Source: Candidatus Latescibacterota bacterium
GTDB lineage: Bacteria; Krumholzibacteriota; Krumholzibacteriia; WVZY01; JAKEHA01
Direction: 5' to 3'
Length of the DNA: 64,000 nucleotides
NCBI GenBank assembly: GCA_963707635.1
Contig: OY970173.1
Location: 1,024,001 to 1,088,000, forward strand
Below, one piece after another: positions 58,214 to 64,000 of the stretch. A program made the translations under genes and the position numbers. Within the stretch, counting starts at the first letter, position 1, and the number at the start of each line of letters is the position of its first letter. Under the pieces are notes generated by a model. That model did not search any database. It was not told where the DNA came from and worked only from the letters and a program-made list of their open reading frames with translations.

Positions 58214-60631
58214 TCAGCGCCGTCGCCCGCCGCCGCCGCCGCGGCCACCGCCGCTATACGAGCGGCTCGCACCGCTTCGCCGCGCCTGGGCGTCGCGATT
58301 CATGTTGCTCGACGACGGCGAAGACTTCCACTGGCCCTGGTCGCGGGACTGCCAGTTGCCCTGCGACGTCTGCCGCTGCACGTTCCCGCTCTTGTCCGCG
58401 TACACGTTGTTGGGGCCCTTGGCCGTGCGATCCGCCTTCTGCATGTTCGCATCGCGCTGCTTGCTGCTGGGCGCGACACGATCCTTGTTGGCGGCGTTGT
58501 TGTACATGTTGTTCGACGGCAACTGTGACGGGCGCGCTCCGCCTGCTCCACCGACGCCGCCCGGCTTGCCCGGACCGCCCACGCCACCCACACCGCCGGC
58601 TCCTCCAACTCCACCCACGCCTCCGACGCCGCCCACTCCTCCCACGCCCCCGACGCCCCCAACGCCGCCTGGGCGCCCCGGATATCCCCCGTGGTAGGGT
58701 GGGTGATAGCCGCAGGGTGGGTAGTAGCCGGGGTGTCCGTAGTAACCGCCGTACATGCCACCGAAACCGATGCCGACGGTGATGAAGCCGTTGCTGGCCG
58801 TGAACCCCATTCCCCAGCCGGTATACGGGTTGTAGCTGACGTGCATGCCGAACGTGACCGGACTCGGGTAGTAGGCGTAAGGGCTTACGTACGGCGGGTA
58901 GTACCAGCCCGTGCCGTAGACCGGGCAGCCGTACCACGGATACGAATACACGTAGCCGGGCGTGTAACCCACGTACACGACCTGCGGAGCGGGTTCGGAC
59001 ACGGTTACATACTTGGAGGGAATCGTATTGAACGCCTCCGGGATGCTGTCGGTCACTCTCCACGGCCCGGTCGCCTTGTCGGCGACGAACCACACTCCCT
59101 GATCGCTCGCGTAATACGTGCGATCGTACCGCAGCACGTGTGACGACGTGTTGACGGCGTACTCGATGGTCGTGTTCGGGATGCCCTTGAACTCGGGGTT
59201 GCCGTCGTATTTCACCACGAGCGCCGGCGTGGGCGAAGTGGACTCGTACACCGTGACGTACGTCACGTTGTACAACGGTGACGACGGAGGGATTTTTCTT
59301 ATCTCCTCCATCGGCACGCTGTCGGCCACTTTCCACGGCCCGGTCGCCTTGTCGGCGACGAACCACACCGCCTGATCGCACGCGTAGTACTTGCCCTTGA
59401 TCCGCAGCACCTGCGACGGGGTGTTGACGGCGTACTCGAAGTTCGTTTCCGGGACCCCCTTGAACTTGGGCTCGCCGTCGTACTTCACCTCGAGCTTTGC
59501 CTTGTCGCGCTCGATTGCGGCCGTCTGCGGGACCTGGGCGTCCAGCATCGCGTCCTCGGCCTCGGGCGTTCCCGCCACCGAGACGCGCGCCTCTCCAATC
59601 GCGGAGGCGGGCGGGATATCCTTGAACGCAACCGGCAGCGAGTCCGGGCGCACCACCGTCCACGGTCCGTCCATCGTTTTCATCGCCCGGTACCAGCGCC
59701 CGGATATCAACACGAAGACCTCCCCGCTGGCGACTTCGCGCACGACCGGCGTTTCGGAATTCGTGATGTACATCAGGTCGCCCTTGCCGACCGGTTGCCA
59801 GGACGGCGGGCCGTCGCTGGCGATGAGCTCGGTGGGCTCGGTCGCCACGATGATCTTCGGTATCTTCTTCGGCGCGGGCGCAGACGACGTGTCCGGCGGA
59901 ATCAGCTTCGCGACGTCCGCGGGCGGCTGGGCGATCGAGGTCCACGGGCCCTTCGGATCCGGTGCGCTGTACCACAGCTTGCCGCCGCTCAAGTAGCACG
60001 TGCCGCTGCGCTTGTCCTTGACCACCGCGAACGCACAGTTGGCGGCATACTCGAACTCGGTATCCTTGATCGGAAGCATGCGCGGTTCGCCGTCGAATAG
60101 CAGCAACTCGGCAACTTCCGGCACGACGACGATTTTCGGAGGATCGTGCTTGAGGCCCTCGATGCTCTTCCTTTCCACTTCGGCGGTCGCGAGGCTGGCC
60201 GTGAGGCGATCGAGCGAGATCGGAATCCCGGTTTTCGGCATGAGATCGGTGAGGAAGGCAATCGCCTCCTTTTCCTTCGCCTCGTCGCTCTCCGGCCAGC
60301 GCGCGTTGGTCACGACGATGTCGCGGAGCAGGGCGGTCCCGGCGTCGCGATCCGTGTCGACGCGGCACGAAAACCAGAACACGCCGAACACAGGGGTGGT
60401 CGTGCCCTTGAACACGAGCGAAACGGCGGCCCGCCCCTGGAGCATGTTGTTCTCGAATTTCTCCGGCTGCGGCTGATAGATGGTGAGCTTGCCCTTCTCG
60501 GTGTCCATCTCGCGCGGCCACGTCGCGTCGGCGGCGCGGCTGGTACCGGCAAAAAACAGAAGGCAGCACAGCGTCGCGACCCAAGCCGCGCGCGCTGTGC
60601 CGACCTTCTTCAGCATCCCTCTGTGTGACAT
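58214..60631 (-). CDS. Large exported protein with repeated 'GPW' beta modules and a Tyr/Pro/Gly-rich, GGV-repeat, RGG low-complexity tail
   Basis: GGGAGA RBS before ATG 60631; signal ending SRA-A; WPRE...IYQPQ N-terminus; repeated WY/WF...GPW units. Confidence 0.82.
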   Translation of the reverse strand: MSHRGMLKKVGTARAAWVATLCCLLFFAGTSRAADATWPREMDTEKGKLTIYQPQPEKFENNMLQGRAAVSLVFKGTTTPVFGVFWFSCRVDTDRDAGTALLRDIVVTNARWPESDEAKEKEAIAFLTDLMPKTGIPISLDRLTASLATAEVERKSIEGLKHDPPKIVVVPEVAELLLFDGEPRMLPIKDTEFEYAANCAFAVVKDKRSGTCYLSGGKLWYSAPDPKGPWTSIAQPPADVAKLIPPDTSSAPAPKKIPKIIVATEPTELIASDGPPSWQPVGKGDLMYITNSETPVVREVASGEVFVLISGRWYRAMKTMDGPWTVVRPDSLPVAFKDIPPASAIGEARVSVAGTPEAEDAMLDAQVPQTAAIERDKAKLEVKYDGEPKFKGVPETNFEYAVNTPSQVLRIKGKYYACDQAVWFVADKATGPWKVADSVPMEEIRKIPPSSPLYNVTYVTVYESTSPTPALVVKYDGNPEFKGIPNTTIEYAVNTSSHVLRYDRTYYASDQGVWFVADKATGPWRVTDSIPEAFNTIPSKYVTVSEPAPQVVYVGYTPGYVYSYPWYGCPVYGTGWYYPPYVSPYAYYPSPVTFGMHVSYNPYTGWGMGFTASNGFITVGIGFGGMYGGYYGHPGYYPPCGYHPPYHGGYPGRPGGVGGVGGVGGVGGVGGVGGVGGAGGVGGVGGPGKPGGVGGAGGARPSQLPSNNMYNNAANKDRVAPSSKQRDANMQKADRTAKGPNNVYADKSGNVQRQTSQGNWQSRDQGQWKSSPSSSNMNRDAQARRSGASRSYSGGGRGGGGGRRR
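58538..58670 (-). repeat. Coding 9-bp tandem repeat encoding (GGV)n
   Basis: Translates GGVGGVGGVGGVGGVGGVGGVGGAGGVGGVGGPGKPGGVGGAGG with varied synonymous codons. Confidence 0.9.
59040..59487 (-). repeat. Intragenic duplication of a ~60-aa module (~59310-59487 and ~59040-59214)
   Basis: KYDGEPKFKGVPETNFEYAVNT...WFVADKATGPWKVADSVP vs KYDGNPEFKGIPNTTIEYAVNT...WFVADKATGPWRVTDSIP; the 36-bp string ccacggcccggtcgccttgtcggcgacgaaccacac occurs in both copies. Confidence 0.9.
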
Positions 60632-60680
60632 AGGTCTCCCTGCGGTCTCGGGAAGCTCCGTGGACTTCACGCGCTGAATG

Positions 60681-61715
60681 CTACTTCTTTCCCGTCGCCG
60701 CGTACGGATTGCCGCCGAGGGCGTTCGAGATGTCGGCGATCGCATTCTGCGCGCGGACGCTGTTGCCGGCGTCATCGAGCGGAGGCGATACCACCGCGAT
60801 GCCGAACTTGCCCGGCGACACGGCAATGAGGCCGCCGCCCACGCCGCTCTTTCCGGGCAGACCCGTCCGATACAGCCACTTGCCCGAATCGTCGTACAGA
60901 CCGGCCGTCGCCATCACGGCGAGCACCTTGGGAACGTTCGCGGAATCGATCACCGATTTCTTCGTCACGGGGTTCGTGCCGCCGAACGCAAGCGTCGCCG
61001 CCATCGTGGCGAGGTCCTTCGCGTTGACGCCGATCGAGCACTGCTTGGTGTAAATGTCCACCGCCTGCAGCGGGTTGGCCTTGATGTAACCGTACGCATA
61101 CATCAGCATGCCGATGGCTTGGTTGCGCTGGTTGGTGTCGGCTTCCGACTTGTAGACGTCCTGCAGCACCTTCAGCTCCCGGCCGGCGCACGCGTTGTGA
61201 ATGCCGATGATCTTCGCCCACACTTCGTCCGCCGTGGCGCCCTGCACCATGCTGGTGGCCGTGATCGCGCCCGGGTTGACGAGCGGGTTCATCTCCGGCC
61301 CGCCCGCCACCTTGTACGACATCTCGACCGAGACGATCGAGTTGAAGCGCATACCGGTCGCGTCCACGCCGGTGGTGTTGAGAATGGCGTCGGGCCCCTG
61401 CGACTGAATGACCTGCGCCATGGTGAAGACCTTGGAAATCGACTGAATCGAGACCTCGGTCGCCACGTCGCCGGCGGTGTACACCTTGCCGTCGGCGGTC
61501 ACCACGGCGATCCCGAAGAGATTCGGGTCCACCTTTGCCAGCGCGGGGATGTAGTCCGCGTTCTTGCCCTCCTGGAGGGTCTTGTATTTCGCGTACGCGT
61601 CGTTGACTGCCTTGGTGATGTCGGCAGGAGCCTGCGCCGAGACGACGCACGGCGCCACGACGAGCACCGCGATGGCCAAAGACACAACCAACTTACTGAA
61701 CGTACTCATGATCAT
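60681..61715 (-). CDS. glsA: Glutaminase A with N-terminal signal peptide
   Basis: GKNADYIPALA, SIQSISKVF (SxxK), NPLVNPGAI, YTKQCSI, GLYDDSG, GKSGVGGG and SPPLDDAGNSVR. Confidence 0.95.
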   Translation of the reverse strand: MIMSTFSKLVVSLAIAVLVVAPCVVSAQAPADITKAVNDAYAKYKTLQEGKNADYIPALAKVDPNLFGIAVVTADGKVYTAGDVATEVSIQSISKVFTMAQVIQSQGPDAILNTTGVDATGMRFNSIVSVEMSYKVAGGPEMNPLVNPGAITATSMVQGATADEVWAKIIGIHNACAGRELKVLQDVYKSEADTNQRNQAIGMLMYAYGYIKANPLQAVDIYTKQCSIGVNAKDLATMAATLAFGGTNPVTKKSVIDSANVPKVLAVMATAGLYDDSGKWLYRTGLPGKSGVGGGLIAVSPGKFGIAVVSPPLDDAGNSVRAQNAIADISNALGGNPYAATGKK

Positions 61716-61727
61716 GCTTCCCTTCGT

Positions 61728-62912
61728 TTACATGGTCTTCGAGAAATTGTAGCGGAACGACACCTGGATCTTGACGTCATCCGACGACTCGAATCCCGTC
61801 ACGGGGTCCGCCTTGAAGTTCTCGCGCTTGCCGTACTGGACTTCGACGCCGGTCATGACGTTCGGGGCCGGGTAATAGAGCAGGTTTCCGACCGCGTAGT
61901 GACCGCGCGAGAATGCGTTGGGCGCCTGGCCGTCCGAATTGTCGATGTCGAGCATCGAGTATCCGACCGAGGTCGAGTACTTCTCGTTCCAATTGTGATC
62001 GAGGAACGCCACGATTCCGAGCACCGGCAACGCCACACCCTCAATGAGATTCGTGGCGCTTGCGGCTTTGATGCCGATGTCGGCTGGCGCATCGTTCATA
62101 TAGTTCTCGATGGCTTCACCGTACACGACCGACGCGCGCACCACGTTGCTCTCTCCGATCTTCACGTTCGAGCTCACGTTGAGGCCCCAGCCCGTTGCGC
62201 TGCCGGCCAGGTCGAGCGAATCGGTGCCGGCGTCGTCCCATTTCATGTAGCGGAGAATGCCCGCGACCTCGAGGTAGCCCCAATCCCGGCCCATGTGGTA
62301 CTCCGCCGACAGATCGGGCGCCGGGAAGTGCACTTGCACGTCGTTCAGCTCGACACGATTCGCGTAGATACCCTGATCGCCGCTGGCGCCGGGGCGCTCG
62401 AGCGCGATGGTCATGCGCGTGTCGCCCTGGATCGGCATGTAGCGAATCTGCACGTTACGGAAGAACGCCATGCCGTTCGGGCCCCAGTACTCGATCGTGT
62501 TGGGGAACACGTCGATGTCCATGAACGGGCTCCAGGTCTGACCCGCGCCGACCTTGCCCAGTTCGCCGTAGGCGTGGCGCAGGCGTATCGTGGTCTGGCC
62601 CGCGTCGACGCCGGTGCCGAACAACTCCCATTCGAACTGCGTTTTCAGAACGCCGACGTCGGTCGGCGTCGCCGATTTGACGCCGAAGCGCGTCTGGCGG
62701 ACACCGAAGAACGTATTGCCGTCGGCGCCGAATTCATCCTCGAAGGCCGGAAGCTTGGTGGGACGCATGACGTCGTACCAGCTCGGATCGACCTGCTTGG
62801 TATCGTACCCCGAGTCCAGCATGATGTAGCCGTAGAGGTCGAACGTCGAATCTGAAGCGGCGGCGGTGCCGGCGAGGCAGCACAGCAGCAGCGCAAAAAA
62901 TCCTCTTCTCAT
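61728..62912 (-). CDS. DcaP family trimeric outer-membrane porin
   Basis: AAGGAGG RBS; signal; LYGYIMLD, RQTRFG, RLRHAYG, GQTWSPFMD; ends QVSFRYNFS. Confidence 0.88.
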   Translation of the reverse strand: MRRGFFALLLCCLAGTAAASDSTFDLYGYIMLDSGYDTKQVDPSWYDVMRPTKLPAFEDEFGADGNTFFGVRQTRFGVKSATPTDVGVLKTQFEWELFGTGVDAGQTTIRLRHAYGELGKVGAGQTWSPFMDIDVFPNTIEYWGPNGMAFFRNVQIRYMPIQGDTRMTIALERPGASGDQGIYANRVELNDVQVHFPAPDLSAEYHMGRDWGYLEVAGILRYMKWDDAGTDSLDLAGSATGWGLNVSSNVKIGESNVVRASVVYGEAIENYMNDAPADIGIKAASATNLIEGVALPVLGIVAFLDHNWNEKYSTSVGYSMLDIDNSDGQAPNAFSRGHYAVGNLLYYPAPNVMTGVEVQYGKRENFKADPVTGFESSDDVKIQVSFRYNFSKTM

Positions 62913-63065
62913 GATTCCTCCTTCTCTCACGTCACGATGCGCTACAGGGCAGCGTCGGAACTTGTGATCGATCTGCATGTTATCGCTTTGACTGTTCGCA
63001 GTCTAGGGGTGACCCTGTCGCCTATTAACTGTGGGGAAGCCGCGAAACGTCTGTTGCCGACGCGT

Positions 63066-64000
63066 CTAAAGAGTAGCTGGATGCGGCTCTGGAAGAACTG
63101 GGTGCCCCCCGTCGTGTCGAACCGGTCGAGTTCTCCGTAGCCATAGACAAACTCCAGCCGCAGGTTGTCGGACATGTGCCAGTTCACCATCGGCGTCACT
63201 CTCCAGTATTTCCCGCCGTGGAACATTCCGGAGTCGAGGTCGATATAGGAGAAGTTCAGCACCGCCTCCCACGCGCCGGGCCCGCCCTCGAACACCGTTC
63301 GCTCGGGTGATACCGCGTTGAAGTATCCGCCGGCTGTGTTGTAGCCACGCGTCTCGCCGGTGATGAGCCAGGCAGTGGCAAGGTTTCCCCCGTGAAAGAG
63401 CACGTTACCGTCGGCGACCGGGGATACATCCTGCCAGTCGTATTCGCCACCGAACAACCACGGGCCCCTCCGGTAATACGCCTCGATGCCGGTGCCACGT
63501 ACATGGTCCGCAGGGAACTTTACCGGTGTCCACGACATAGGGGGCCAGGTTGTTCTCGGGGCGCGAACGCACCTGCAGCATGCCCCCGTCCGGGTCCGCG
63601 TCACGGACCATCGCCGCCACGTGGAGAACTTCCTTGTTCTCCTCCGAGAGAATCGGAAGCCATCCGAGTCGCGCGACTGCCTGGTTGTCGTAGGTGGCGA
63701 AAGCTTCGTCCTCCGACAGCGTGTCGGTGAACCATCCGAGGTTCACAAAGACGCGGGGGCCCGGGTAATAGCCCATGTACCTCACACCGTCCGCAAGAAT
63801 CGGTATGAACGCGTCCATCCCCGGCGATCGCTCCATTCCCCAGGGGTGGTAGCCGTTCATGACTTTCACCATCGAGTAGCCTTCCTTGTCGCGCCCGACG
63901 AAGAAGTGGCCGGACAGTTCCGGAACCCCGATGAGGAGGCCCGTCTTGCGGAAGCGCCACTCGTCGTCCTTGCCATCGTACATGTACCCCACGGTCCACG
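63066..64000 (-). CDS. OprO/OprP-type phosphate/anion-selective porin, 5' part outside the window, frameshifted
   Basis: LQVRSRPE, WLITGETRGYN, GPGAWEAVL and VNWHMSDNLRLEFVY across ORFs 63405 and 62942; probable stop TAG at 63068-63066. Confidence 0.82.

Noticed and set aside
5334..62855. Long antisense or alternative-frame ORFs (e.g. 5334-7424, 9787-11517, 19145-20896, 29770-31449, 45769-47775, 58254-60584, 60678-62855)
   Set aside because: Arg/Ala/Gly-rich shadow ORFs expected at high GC; each overlaps a gene with clear family motifs.

Overview
GC-rich bacterial chromosomal window, densely coding, with no rRNA, tRNA, CRISPR array, integrase or transposase that I could recognise. C-terminal FlgD-Ig/T9SS-like tails and 'STWGxxKxLYR' tails suggest a diderm FCB-related lineage such as Ca. 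Krumholzibacteriota, Latescibacterota or Eisenbacteria (inference). From left to right: small stress and membrane genes (DUF488 plus a decayed second copy, VOC, CPBP-like), crcB-DUF190, a tandem array of four Hanks-type Ser/Thr kinases, a selenocysteine-containing selD (in-frame UGA plus SECIS-like hairpin, missed by the ORF track), M23 and M14 peptidases, a split MrfB/MrfA-like exonuclease/helicase pair, a ~16.5 kb beta-glucan utilisation locus (GH16s, family-5 ABC importer, GH1, a GH-A enzyme apparently fused to a beta-barrel, CBM-like secreted proteins), DUF2252, tamAB, HdeD and VIT1 membrane proteins, and an 8-gene minus-strand cluster of porins with a signal-peptide-bearing glutaminase and amidohydrolase. 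Many genes carry single-base indels clustered at ~4.7-5.4, 14.1-15.0 and 32.4-37.9 kb, most likely assembly errors. Best leads: (1) a short C-terminal TWG motif that swaps with the FlgD/T9SS-like domain on paralogous passenger domains and may be a sorting signal; (2) a SusC/D-less glucan locus with a hydrolase-barrel fusion; (3) a periplasmic glutaminase/amidohydrolase/porin operon.
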